From Octopus sinensis (Eukaryota), in contig NW_021835410.1 in NCBI RefSeq assembly GCF_006345805.1, forward strand, positions 1 through 44,479: 44,479 bases of DNA, written 5' to 3'. How positions within the stretch are numbered: position 1 is the first letter of the stretch; each line of letters begins with the position of its first letter. The position numbers were made by a program, and so were the translations under genes. The notes beneath the pieces were generated by a model that was not told where the DNA came from, did no database searches, and saw only the letters and a list, made by a program, of their open reading frames with translations. Positions 22,755 through 34,809 of this stretch are shown here, piece after piece.

Positions 22755-23502
22755 GGAAGCCTAGTATTAATCTATTGGTCTGTTTTGCTGAACTGCTAAG
22801 GGACGTAAACACACCAGCATCGGTTGTCAAGCGATGTTGAGGGCACAAACACAGACACACAAACATATACACACACATACATACATATATATATATATCT
22901 ATCTATATATATAAGACGGGCTTCTTTCAGTTTCCGTCTACCAAATCCAAGGCTATAGTGGAAACACTTGCCACGCAGTGGGACTGAACCCGGAACCATG
23001 TGGTTGGTAAGCAAGCTACTTACCACTCAACCACTCCTGCCTCCTTTTACTTACTTTGTTTAAAAAATTATTTACTTTGTGTTTTTGTATTTTATTTACT
23101 TTTTTTTTACTTGTTTCAGTCATTTGACTGCGGCCATGCTGGAGCACCGCCTAATTTAATCGAGGAACTTGACCCCGGGACTTATTCTTTTGTAAGCCCA
23201 GTACTTATTCTATCGGTCTCTTTTGCTGAGCCGCTAAGTAACGGGGACATAAACACACCAGCATCGTTTGTCAAGCAATGCTAAGGGGACAAACACAGAC
23301 ACACAAGCACACACATGCATATATATATATATATATACATATATACGACGGGCTTCTTTCAGTTTCCGTCTACCAAATCCACTCAAGGCTTTGGTCGGGC
23401 CGAGGCTATAGTAGAAGACACTTGCCCAAGGTACTATGCAGTGGGACAGAACCCGGAGCCATGTGGTTGGTAAGCAAGCTACTTACCACACAGCCACTCC
23501 TG
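22755..23502 (-). mobile_element. Two adjacent S1 SINEs (22755-23042 partial; 23095-23502)
   Basis: Reverse complement S1 matches. Confidence 0.85.
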
Positions 23503-23811
23503 CTTCCTTTTATTTACTTTGTGTTTTATTTACCTTGCTAGGTTCGTTGTAGGATCGACTAGTCACGACTAGCTTGTGTGGATGCGCCACCAGTACTCGA
23601 GTGCACGCACCGGGACCACTCTTCTTAGTGCTATAATTCTCTCTCTTACTCTTTTACCTGTTTCAGTCATCTGACTGCGGCCATGCTGGAGCACCGCCTT
23701 TAGTCGAGCAAATCGATAAACTCCTTAGTTACAATAATTTATTAGTTTCTTTTGCATATTCTTAGTTTATGCATGTGTATGCAAATATAGTATTGGTACA
23801 TCCCATTTATG

Positions 23812-24213
23812 GGATCTTTTCGGTTTGAATGGCAGTTTTTTTCTAGCGGTGTCATATGAAGTTGTGACCCATAATTATGACCCTATTATCGATCTATTGC
23901 ATTTCAATCTGTTTTAGGGTTAGGGTTAGGGTTAGTTAGGGGTGGGTGGAAGGGTATCTTTTTTTCTTCAGAAATGTAAATAAACCCAATCTACGGCACA
24001 GAATGTTTTCACCTCAATAGACGTCATTGATTGGTTGAGATTGCAGAAATTGAAGAAGAAAAACAACAAATATCTTACAAACAATAGAATTTTCTCAATA
24101 AAGCCAAGAGAAAAAGATGTTTTATAAACACATTCTACCAGTATACGAAGTTTAAAAGTGTTTAGTTACGTGGAAATTATTTTAAAAAACTGCCGTTCAA
24201 ACCGAAAAGATCC
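23812..24213 (+). mobile_element. Merlin-like MITE with internal TTAGGG repeats
   Basis: ~29-bp TIRs ggatcttttcggtttgaa(t/c)ggcagttttt. (ttaggg)3 at ~23914. Confidence 0.7.
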
Positions 24214-24445
24214 AGAATAAGTGCTAGGCTTACAAAGAATAAGTTCTGGGGTCAATTTGCTCGACTAAAGGGGGTGCTCCAGCGTGGCCACAGTCAAATG
24301 ACTGAAACAAGTAAAAGAGTAAAGAGAGTAAAACACAAAAACACAAAAGATCGACTAGTCACGACTAGCTAGTGCGGATGCGCGAGACGCGAGTGCGCGC
24401 ACCGAGACCACTCTTCTTAAGTATTACCGTACCCCATTTATGTTC

Positions 24446-24878
24446 GGCAATCTTTTGTCTCTAGTAGACCTTTCCGTCGATTTCCGTAAAATTTTTTTTT
24501 TTTTTTACATATGGGCTTGCGGGAACTTTTGAAGTAATGAGAGCGAAAGAGACTAAGAGAAAGCGAATTTATGACGAGGGAAGTTCTTTTGAAGTTACCG
24601 CGCATGGGAAGCATTGATGTACATGTGTGTGTGTGTGTGTGTGTGTGTTTGATGGGATGTGGGAGACAGACAGTATGTTGTGTAAGTGAAGTGCTTCTGT
24701 TAGTGTGTGTGAAGAGACAGAGTAATGTGTGAAAGAAAGAGATAACAGAAATTTTTTACTCGGTGTATGTGTGTGTGTATGTATATTACTTCAAAAGTTC
24801 CCGCAAGCCCATATGTAAAAAAAAAAAATTTTTTTTACGGAAATCGACGGAAAGGTCTACTAGAGACGAAAGATTGCC
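24446..24878. mobile_element. MITE with ~93-bp TIRs
   Basis: ggcaatctt..tctctagtagacctttccgtcgatttccgtaaaa...gaagtaat is mirrored at 24784-24878. No TSD seen. Confidence 0.8.
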
Positions 24879-25391
24879 AAATAAATAAAGAATTTTGACA
24901 TGTACAAATATTTATTTCCTCCCACTGTATATATGTATATTTCAAATTTCCGTCCTGCGATGTTTACATCTGTATTACTGCCATCTCACGGACAACAATC
25001 CGACGCCTTAATTAAGCAAGAGGCGATAATTGAACCACCACCATCGACGAGCACGTTGCGGTAATATATTTATATACACATATATATATATATATACATG
25101 TTTAGATTCATTCATTCATACATACGTATACAAATACATAAATATATACATACCTACATACATCCACAACACACACACACATATATATATATATATACAC
25201 ACATACACACATACTATTAACATTATACGTTTGTCTGTTCGCTTGTCTTGTTCCTGTGTATAAATTATTATTGTATAGTTTATTATGTCATGCTTGTTAT
25301 TAATTACCCCCATGTAATTTACGCATGCATTATATATACATAAACACACACGTGTATATATATATATGTATGTATGTATGTATATATATAT

Positions 25392-25896
25392 ATTATGTTG
25401 TGTCTGGGGGGAGTGATTCTATTTTAGTGCCTTATTTAAAACACTCACCGGTAAAATTTCCACTTATTTCTTATTTTTATGCTTCAACACACGAACTCAT
25501 ATAAAGAATCTTGCAAACAAATCCCAAACGAAATATATATATATATAATATATTATATATATATTATATATATATAGATATATATATATACACGCACGTA
25601 TGTATGTATATCATTAGCAGAATGGGTCTTTGTGTGCAGTGTATACAGGCATGTTGGATATGTATGTATGTATGTATATATATATATATAGTAGAAATAT
25701 GTTACAAAAAGAAAATTTAAAATACACGTGGAAATGTAAGGGTAAAATATGAAAAATCAACGATATCCAGGGTATATCCTTGTTGCTTATTTTGATTATA
25801 ATCACCCCATTTGATATATATGGATAATACCCTACCAAATTCTGGTGCCTTTAACTTAAGTACTATTATATATTCATCTGAATCTAAATTTTGCTA

Positions 25897-25930
<34 letters not shown>

Positions 25931-26312
25931 ATATGTATGTGTTTATATATATATATATATCGGTGTTTTGATTGTATGTCATATCATAATAAAAAATAGG
26001 GAAATAAAAATAAGAAAAAAGTGGGAATTTTACCAGTGAGTGTGTTACATTATAAAGCACAAAAAGAAAATGACTCCCCCCAGACACAAACAGAATATGC
26101 TTCAACACACGAACTCATATAAAGAATCTTGCAAACCAAATCCAAAAACGAAATATAATAAAAACAATTTAGCATAAACTGAAGAATTACTCGAAGATAC
26201 TTCAGAGAATAAATCTTCATTATGTGTTTAAAAGAAATGTATGACAGATATTCACTATGCTTGTTAAGGAATAATTTTTCCATACATACATATAAATATA
26301 TACATAAATATA

Positions 26313-26354
<42 letters not shown>

Positions 26355-26566
26355 TCATACATCGTGTGATTACCTATTTATGTGTGTGTATGTATATATA
26401 TATATATATATATCAAAATAAGCAACACGGATATCTCTGATATCCTTGTTGTTTATTTTTATTGTATACACCCCGTTTGAATATATGGATAATACCATAC
26501 TAATTCTGGTGTGCCTTTAACTTAAGTACCATACCCAACTGAATCTAAATTTTACTGAACTTATAT

Positions 26567-26610
<44 letters not shown>

Positions 26611-26790
26611 CTTTATAATTTAGGGTTCAGCAGAGATTTGCTTCACCACCTACCGAAGTTTTTAGAAATAGCAGTCAAAAAATCTTAGCTATTCCTTCTA
26701 CTTTAATGGTCTTTTTCATGCCGAATTCTACTTGGTGAAATTACTGATTACTTCTTAATTAATTAATTTTACCCTTTGATATTATATATA
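25392..26790. mobile_element. Cluster of short Penelope-like remnants between (TA)n tracts
   Basis: 25395-25478 is inverted relative to 26000-26090; 25479-25535 is a direct repeat of 26096-26155; 25765-25895 and 26415-26560 belong to one family; there is a fold-back at 26415-26460. Confidence 0.5.
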
Positions 26791-26956
26791 TATATATATA
26801 TGTCTGTAATAGATTTGTGACTTTTCGGTGGTACAGAAGTATTTTTTGACTTCTATAATTAGCGATATAGGTACTCATGTAGTACCCTTGCGTATATAGG
26901 TACATATCTAATCTCGTCCACGCATGATGTATATACATATATATATATATATATAT

Positions 26957-27272
26957 CATGCCGGTGACACGTTAAAAGCACCGTTCGAACATGGCAGTTG
27001 CCAGCGCCACCTGATTGGTGTCCGTGTCGGTGGAATGTAAAAAGCACCAACCGATCGTGGCCGTTTGCCAGCCACCCTGGCCCCTGTGCTGGTGGCACGA
27101 ATAAAGCGCACCCACTACACTCATGGAGTGGTTGGCATTAGGAAGGGCATCCAGCTGTAGAAACTCTGCCAGATCAGATTGGAGCCTGGTGCAGCCATCT
27201 GGTTCGCCAGACTCTGGTCGAACCGTCCAACCCATGCCTGCATGGAAAACGGATGTTAAACGATGATGATGA
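26957..27272 (+). mobile_element. RTE 3' UTR
   Basis: Subrepeats plus conserved terminal segment and (GAT)n. Confidence 0.85.
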
Positions 27273-27339
27273 TATATGTGTGTGTATATATAATATACAT
27301 ATTCATATTTATATATTCATATATATCATAATATATATA

Positions 27340-27393
<54 letters not shown>

Positions 27394-27599
27394 ATATATA
27401 TATACATATACACATATATATCATATACACACACACGGGCTTCTTTCAGTTCCCATCTACCAAATCTATTTGCAAGGCTCTGGTCAGCCTGAGGCTATAG
27501 TAGAAGACCCTTGTCCAAGGTTGCTATGCAGTGGGACTGAACCTGGAACCATGAGGTTGGGAAGCAAGTCTTACCACACATCCACGCATGCTATGTATA

Positions 27600-27644
<45 letters not shown>

Positions 27645-28164
27645 CATACATACATACATACATAGAGGAATAGCGAGGCAATGCCAAGGTGGTGTGTCAG
27701 ACGCTAGAATAGAACGACAATGATGAATAAACACAAGCTGTCCGTAATTCCAAGTCCCACTGTTCAAGTGCCGGACATCTTTTCGTATACTTAGCAGCTT
27801 GTATGAAGTGCTTTTTCCTTCTTTCAACTCATTTACAATTTCCTCTTTCCTACTTTCATCCTTTCTAAGCACTTAGGAATTTCCTTTCGTACATGTGTGT
27901 GTATGTGCTTTATATATCACCACCATCATCATCATCATTGAACGTCTTGCATGGATTGGACAGTTTGACCGGAGCTCGCCAGCTGCAGAGCTGCCCAGGT
28001 GCCAAGTCTCTTTTGGTATAGTTTCCATCTACCAAATCTATTCGCAAGGCTCTGGTCAGCCTGAGGCTATAGTAGAAGACACTTGCCCAAGGTGCCACGC
28101 AGTGGGACTGAATCTGGAACCACGTGGTTGGTAAGCAAGCTACTTACCACACAGCTACTCCTGG

Positions 28165-28450
28165 ACATCTTTTGTTGAAATTGTCCAAAATTTTCTTAGA
28201 AAAAAACCACAAAGCTGAAAACCACTGTGAACTCGTAGAAGACATGTTTAAATCTTACGAGAAAATGAGACGCAGAATGTCTTTGAAAATGCATTTTTGA
28301 CATTCTCATCTTGACTTCTTCCTGGCCAACTTTGAAGCTACGAGTGACAAGCATGGTGAATGCTTCCACCAATGGATCTCAGTTAAGAAATACAGATCCC
28401 GAGGTAATTTTAAGCTAAATATGATGGGAGATTATTGTTGGTTTGTGTAA
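28165..28450 (+). pseudogene. Chapaev(3)-type transposase C-terminal relic
   Basis: HKAENHCELVEDMFKSY...MSLKMHF*HSHLDFFLANFEATSDKHGECFHQ...MMGDYCW matches the Chapaev3 motif string. Confidence 0.8.
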
Positions 28451-28642
28451 AAGGAAAGCTTGTCGTCCTACAAGCAATAAAGGAAGCGGAAACACTGAAG
28501 TTTCACTTAGGAACAGGAAATTGCCTTTTGATAGTAGCAACAAAACACTTACATGCTTTGGATGTATGGTGAGGCGCAAGGGTGATAACACCGCCAGCGA
28601 AAATCCGCTGTTTGTCTTAAGCCAGAATGAAGGAGAGAAGAC

Positions 28643-29452
28643 GGATCTTTTCCTTTTGAACGCCAGATGTCAACACAATTTCTAGTTAACTAAACACTTT
28701 TAAACTTCGTATACTGGTAGAATGTGTTTATAAAACATCATTTTTTCTTGGCTTTATTGAGAAAATTCTATAGTTTGTAACATATTTCCACTATAAAATC
28801 AAGCATTTCAGCAATTTTAACCAATCAAATACGTCCATTTGGAGTCAAAACATACCGTACTGTATGAATATGCCCCTCGTTTAAGAAACAGATTGGGTTT
28901 ATTTACATTTGTGAAGAAAAGAAGATACCCTTCCCCCACCCCTAACCCTAACCATAACTCTAAACCTAAACCTAAAATAGATTGAAATGCAATAGATCGA
29001 TACTAGGGTTATAATTATGGGTGACAATTTCATACGACACCGCTACGGAAAATGGGATTTTTTTCTAGCAGTGTCAAATGAAAATGTCACCCATAATTAT
29101 GGCCCTGGTATCGATCTATTGCATTTCAATCTATTTTAGGATTAGGGTTAGAGGTGGGGAGAAGGGTATCTCTTTTTCTTCACAAATGTAAATAAACCCA
29201 ATCTGTTTCTTAAACGAGGACATATTCATACAGCACAGAATCTTTTCACCCCAAATGGAGGTGAGTGATTGGTTAAAATTGCCAAAATGCTTGATTTTAT
29301 AGTGGAAATATGTTACAAACTATAGAATTTTCTCAATAAAGCCAAGAGAAAATGATGTTTTATAAACACATTCTACCAGTATATACGAAGTTTAAAAGTG
29401 TTTAGTTAACTAGAAATTGTGTTAAAAACTGCCGTTCAAAAGGAAAAATTCC
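28643..29452. mobile_element. 810-bp palindromic dimer of the Merlin-like MITE
   Basis: Two head-to-head homologs of 23812-24213, GG..CC ends, perfect 8-bp TSD gagaagac. Confidence 0.85.
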
Positions 29453-29577
29453 GAGAAGACATCCCTGTTCACTAATTATAATTGATGAACAGGTATGTCT
29501 TAAATAATATTTAAATACTTAGATAAATTAGAAAAGCACTCGGTGAGTGCAGACCTTCGCCAAGCAGCTCATTTTAA

Positions 29578-30825
29578 CCCCTTGACGCCAATATTACCCA
29601 AAGCATACGAGACGCTCTCTTTACTCTTTACTCTCTTTGACTGCGGCCATGCTGGAGCACCGCCTTTAGTCGAGCAAATCGACCCTGGCACTTATTCTTT
29701 GTAAGCCCAGTACCTATTCTATCGGTCTCTTTTTGCCGAACCGCTAAGTGACGGGGACGTAAACACACCAGCATCGGTTGTCAAGCAATGCTAGGGGGAC
29801 AAACACAGACACACAAACACACACACACACACATACATATATATATACATATATATATTTCTTTACTACCCACAAGGGGCTAAACACAGAGGAGACAAAC
29901 AAGGACAGACAAACGGATTAAGTTGATTACATCGACCCCAGTGCGTAACTGGTACTTAATTTATCGACCCCGGAAGGATGAAAGGCAAAGTCGACCTCGG
30001 CGGAATTTGAACTCGGAACGTAACGGCAGACGAAATACGGCAACCTATTTCGCCCGGCGTGCTAACGTTTTTGCCAGCTCGCCACCTTCAGATCTTAAAA
30101 TATATATACATATTGATATATATATATTTATTTACTGCCCACAAGGGGCTAAACATAGAGGGGACGAACAAGGACATATATACGACAGGCTTCTTTCAGT
30201 TTCCGTCTACTAAATCCACTCATAAGGCATTGGTCGGCCCGGGGCTATAGCAGAAGACACTTGCCCAAGATGCCACGCAGTGGGACTGAACCCGGAACTA
30301 TGTGGTTGGTTAGCAAGCTACTTACCACACAGCCACTCCTGCGTGCTCTGGTTTTTTATCTAATTAGGCCACACAAACACACAAGTGCCAACGAGCTCAC
30401 GTCTATTCACGTTCACCATTACAATAACATATCATTGTACATTTACATCTACCAGTTCATGAAAACGAATTACGTGAAGCTATTTATCATAATATGATAT
30501 GCAAGAGTTATTCTTCTCAAGTTCAGAAAATAGCTTCCGTGTGGTACAACTCAAAACATGGTATTATTCATGTAAAGTATCCGCATGTCATTGGTCTACT
30601 GCTAGTCTCATGACTTGAACGTAACCTAAAATAGCTAAGATAATGCATGGGACGGCGAGCGCGTGCACCTCAAGAGATAAAGTACATGATAGCGAACGTA
30701 AACATACGTCAGCCGCTAAAAAGTCCGTGATAGATGTAGGGCAGCTCTACATCGTATATTTACGTTAACCGCGAGTAGGCAAGCAAAAGTGTGATCGCAT
30801 ATTTGCATCAACCGTTGTCAAGGGG
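29578..30825. mobile_element. piggyBac-like non-autonomous element
   Basis: TTAA-ccccttgac ... gtcaagggg-TTAA. Confidence 0.7.
29615..30283 (-). mobile_element. S1 SINE with S2 (29856-30088) and an S2 tail fragment inside its microsatellite
   Basis: S1 halves flank a complete S2. Confidence 0.85.
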
Positions 30826-31004
30826 TTAAGATAGATATATGAGTAAAATTACTAATAGAGAAACGATAATAAACTTTGGAAACAGCAACTCCACCATAGG
30901 TTACGTGCAAACGAAGAACGTGTTTTCAAGGGAGATAATCAAAGAACGTAACATTGTAATACTCCATGTAATGTAAATATAACAAATCAGTTTGGTTGCC
31001 AGTA

Positions 31005-31414
31005 CCTATTTCTTTATTGCCCTCAAGTGGCTAAACACAGAGGGGACAAACAAGGACAGACATAGGTATTAAGTCGATTACATCGACTCCAGTGCGTAAC
31101 TGGGACTTAATTTATCGACCCTGAAAGGATGAAAGGTAAAGTCGACCTCGGCGGAATTTGAACTCACAACTTAACGGCTGACGAAATACTGTTAAGCATT
31201 TCGCCTGACGTGCTAACGTTTCTGCTAGCTGACTGGCCCCCATGCCAGTGGCACGTAAAAGCACCCACTACACTCTCGGAGTGGTTGGCATTAGAAAGGA
31301 CATCCAGCTGTAGAAACTCTGCCAGATCAGATTGGAGTCTGGTTCGCCAGACCTCAGTCAAACCGTCCAACCCATGCTAGCATGGAAAGCAGACGTTAAA
31401 TGATGATGATGATG
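31005..31414. mobile_element. S2 SINE (minus, 31005-31230) fused to an RTE tail (plus, 31228-31414)
   Basis: Direct homology to both families. Confidence 0.8.
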
Positions 31415-31757
31415 AAAAATCCTTCAAGAATCCATAAAAATTCCCGGATCACTACCAAAATTTCCTCTTTTGTTCATTGTATCGTTACCAATTTTTCCTG
31501 CAAGTTTCATCAAATACCGTTCACAACTTTTTGAGTTATTTTGCACACAGACGGACAGACGAACAAACCAATGCCAATGAAAGCTTAACCTCCTTTCTTG
31601 GCGGAAGTAAACATGGCATGGAAAAGTAGAGCAGCTGGCTTTTGTAATAGGAGTAGGTGAGAAAAAAATTATAAATAGGAGTGTTTGGTTACACAAAATC
31701 TGGACGTGATAGAGAAATTTAGATACCAGATTTGAAATTAGCATCAGAAATTTGCTA

Positions 31758-32333
31758 GGCGCAGGAGTGGCTGTGTGGTAAGTAGCTTGCTTATGAACCA
31801 CATGGTTTCGGGTTCAGTCCCACCGCGTGGCACCTTGGGCAAGTGTCTTCTACTATAGCCTCGGGTCGACCAAAGCCTTGTGAGTGGATTTGGTAGACGG
31901 AAACTGAAAGAAGCCCATCGTATATATGTATATATATATATATATATATATAGTTAATCCAAACAAGAAAGCACAAAAAAAGACAAAAACACGAGGACGT
32001 GGAACAAATATAGTATTATAGGACGCTCAGGAAAGAAGGAGGGTTTAATGTTTCGAACGGAGCTCTTCGTCGGAAACATAGGAGAAGGAAAGATCCAGAG
32101 AAGGGAAGGCAGAGGGAAAAAAATCGCCAACGGTACACACGAGGTCCCCCCCCCCGACATCGCTTGACAACCGATGGTGGTGTGTTTACGTCCCTGTAAC
32201 TTAGTGGTTCGGCTAAAGAGACTGATAGAATAAGTACTAGGCTTACAATGAATAAGTCCTGGAGGTCGATTTGCTTGACTAAAGGTGGTGCTCCAGCATG
32301 GCCACAGTCAAAAGACAAACAAGTAAAAGAGTA
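31758..32333 (+). mobile_element. S1 SINE interrupted by an H1 element
   Basis: Head to (TA)n at 31950; resumes at 32147. Confidence 0.85.
31952..32146 (-). mobile_element. H1 hammerhead mini element, copy 4 (degenerate motif at 32043-32077)
   Basis: Minus strand: guuu CCGACGA a gagc ucc guuc GAAAC AUU aaac. Confidence 0.75.
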
Positions 32334-32478
32334 GGAATCAGTAGATTGCCTTTCTGTAAGAGAAAAAAAAAGTTGGAATTTGTTGCTTAGTGTGATCAAA
32401 CATGTTCCTCTTGTGACCACCCTCTCTTTTAATCAGGCATAGTGTATCTAGGAGTACATTACCTAATGTCTTGTACAG

Positions 32479-32872
32479 TACTCTTTTACTTGTTTCAGCC
32501 GACTGTGGCCATGCTGGAGCACAACCTTTTAATCGAGCAAATCGACCCCAGGACTTATTCTTTATAAGCCTAGTACTTATTCTATCAGTCCCTTTTGCCG
32601 AACCACTAAGTGACGGGGGCGTAAACACACCAGCATCGGTTGACAAGCGATGTTGGTGGGGACAAACGCAGACACACACACACACATATATATATATATA
32701 AAATATATATACGCTGGGCTTCTTTCAGTTTCCGTCTACCAAATCCACTCACAAGGCTTTGGTCAGCCTGAGGCTATAGTAGAAGACACTTGCCGAAGGT
32801 GCCAGGCAGTGGGACTGAACCCAGAACCATGTGGCTGGTAAGCAAGCTACTTAGCACACAGCCACTCCTGCG
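32479..32872 (-). mobile_element. S1 SINE
   Basis: Full reverse complement copy. Confidence 0.9.
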
Positions 32873-33737
32873 TCTACAGCAGTTAACATCAATGGCTATA
32901 GCTGTTGCTGTTTAGCCCTAGGTCAGTCCTGATGCAGCAGACCTATGATCAATGCTGTTCCAACTGCGACTATTCAGACATAGTCTATCTAGGACAACAT
33001 TATTTAATGTGCAGCATGCTAATTAATATCATTGGCTTTTAATTGTCACTAATTTACCCTGGGTCAATCGTCATCCAGCAGACCTTTGATCAAAAATGTT
33101 CCAGCTGTTACCATCTCATGTTTGTATTCTGGTATAGTGTATCTAAGACTACATTGTTTAATGTACAATATAGTAGTTAGTATAAATGGCTATAAATGCT
33201 GTTGTTTGACTCCTGATCTGATTCAGCAAATCTATAATGGTGTTCCAGCTGTGACCATCCTGTCTTTTATTGTATCATATTGTGGATTATTTGTATTCAT
33301 AGTGTATCTAGGACTACATCAACTAATGTATTAGATAGTAATTAGTATTAGTGGCTGTTGTTGCTTATTCCAAAGTTAGACTTGATTTAGATGTCCTATT
33401 ATCAAAGACGTTCCAGCTGTGACCATCCCATCTTTCATTCAGGCATAGTGTACCTGGGACTACATTATCTGGTGTGTGTTTAATCTTTTGAAGTTGTTGT
33501 TTAGCCCCAGGTCAATCCTCATACAACAAACTTATGATCAAAGACGTTCCAGCTGTGACCATCCCATCTTTTATTCTGACATAATGTAACTAGGACTACA
33601 TTATTTAATGTATAGTATAGCAGTTAGTATTAGTGGTTATACAGGGTGTTTGGGCTAAATTTGACAGTTTGCATAAAAGGAAAAGGCAACACTAAAAATA
33701 AAAGTATTTAAAAAAATCAAAAAATACCAACAAGATA

Positions 33738-34135
33738 GGCGTAGGAGTGGCTGTGTCATAAGTAGCTTGATTACCAACCACATGGTTCCGGGTTCATTCC
33801 CACTGCGTGGCACCTTGGGCAAGTGTCTTCTACTATAGCCTCGGGCCGACCAAAGCCTTGTGAGTGGATTTGGTAGACGGAATCTGAAAGAAGCCCATCG
33901 TATATATGCGTATATATATATATGTGTGTGTGTGTGTTTGCCACCCACCCCCAACATCACTTGACAACTGATGCTTGTGTGTTTATGTCCCCGTAATTTA
34001 GCGGTTCAGCAAAAGAGACCGATAGAATAAGTACTAGGCTTACAGAGAATAAGTCCTGAGATCGATTTGTTCAACTAAAGGCGGTGCTCCAGCATGGCCA
34101 GAATCAAATAACTGAAAGAAGCAAAAGAATAAAAG
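33738..34135 (+). mobile_element. S1 SINE
   Basis: Full copy. Confidence 0.9.
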
Positions 34136-34622
34136 CCTCCTGTTGTTTTGAGTGTTGTGCAACTGGTCCTGGCAGAAGATCTTTTCATCTGAAAAGAACA
34201 AGAAGATCAAGTATACTCCAGCTGTGACCATCCCATCTTTTACTCAGGCACAGTATATCTAGGACTACATTATCTAATGTATAGTATAGTTGTCAGTATT
34301 AGTGGTTATAGTTGTTGTGTAGCCCCAGGTCAATCCTGATGCAGGAGACCTAAGATCGAAAATGCTCCAGCTGTGGCCATCCCTTCTTTTATACAAACAG
34401 CATTTCTAGAAATTAATTACATTATGCGACATGTAGGTGTGCCCTTCCTTTTCCTCAGATGCTGAACAAGATTTGAAAGACATTTAACTGCTATTTCTAG
34501 CAGATCTAGGAACCATATAGAGGCCTACTCGTTGACTGATGGCCGTGGCTTCTAGAAGTTTCTCAATGTCACGCTGCCCTCTTGGAAGTAGATCATAGCC
34601 GACCACCCCTCCTCACCCGTAC

Positions 34623-34687
34623 CTCCATACTTATCTAGGGCGGATGGGCATGAATGCAGTGACTGCTCGCTATGCTGTTGCACATAT
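34623..34687 (-). other. Candidate 65-nt internal exon of an unknown host gene
   Basis: Acceptor ttaattacag, donor GAG/gtacgg. Only one frame is open (YVQQHSEQSLHSCPSALDKYG). Non-repetitive sequence. Confidence 0.3.
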
Positions 34688-34809
34688 CTGTAATTAACGA
34701 GGATGGTGGGGGGGGGTGAGGAATGTGTGTGTGTGTGCGAGGGGAGAGTAGGGAGTGACTGGCATTGTTGCTGCCTTCCTTTTTGTGTCATTATGTGAAG
34801 AATGCTTGA

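Larger units (their letters stand above)
29528..31610 (+). mobile_element. Helentron-associated (HINE/DINE-like) element hosting nested insertions
   Basis: 5' accttcgccaag is inverted against 3' cttggcggaagt. Has an (ACAG)-like microsatellite and a terminal hairpin. Confidence 0.55.
32390..34390 (-). repeat. Diverged tandem array of a ~150-170-bp unit (about 8 units), interrupted by S1 copies
   Basis: Recurring ttccagctgtgaccatcc...catagtgtatctaggactacattat and tttagccccaggtca. Confidence 0.8.

Noticed and set aside
23914-23941. TTAGGG repeats as telomere or fusion site
   Set aside because: Few units, internal to a TIR element present in several copies.
27606-27872. 88-aa minus-strand ORF in complex sequence
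   Set aside because: No recognisable domain or clear splice sites, and it ends in a microsatellite.
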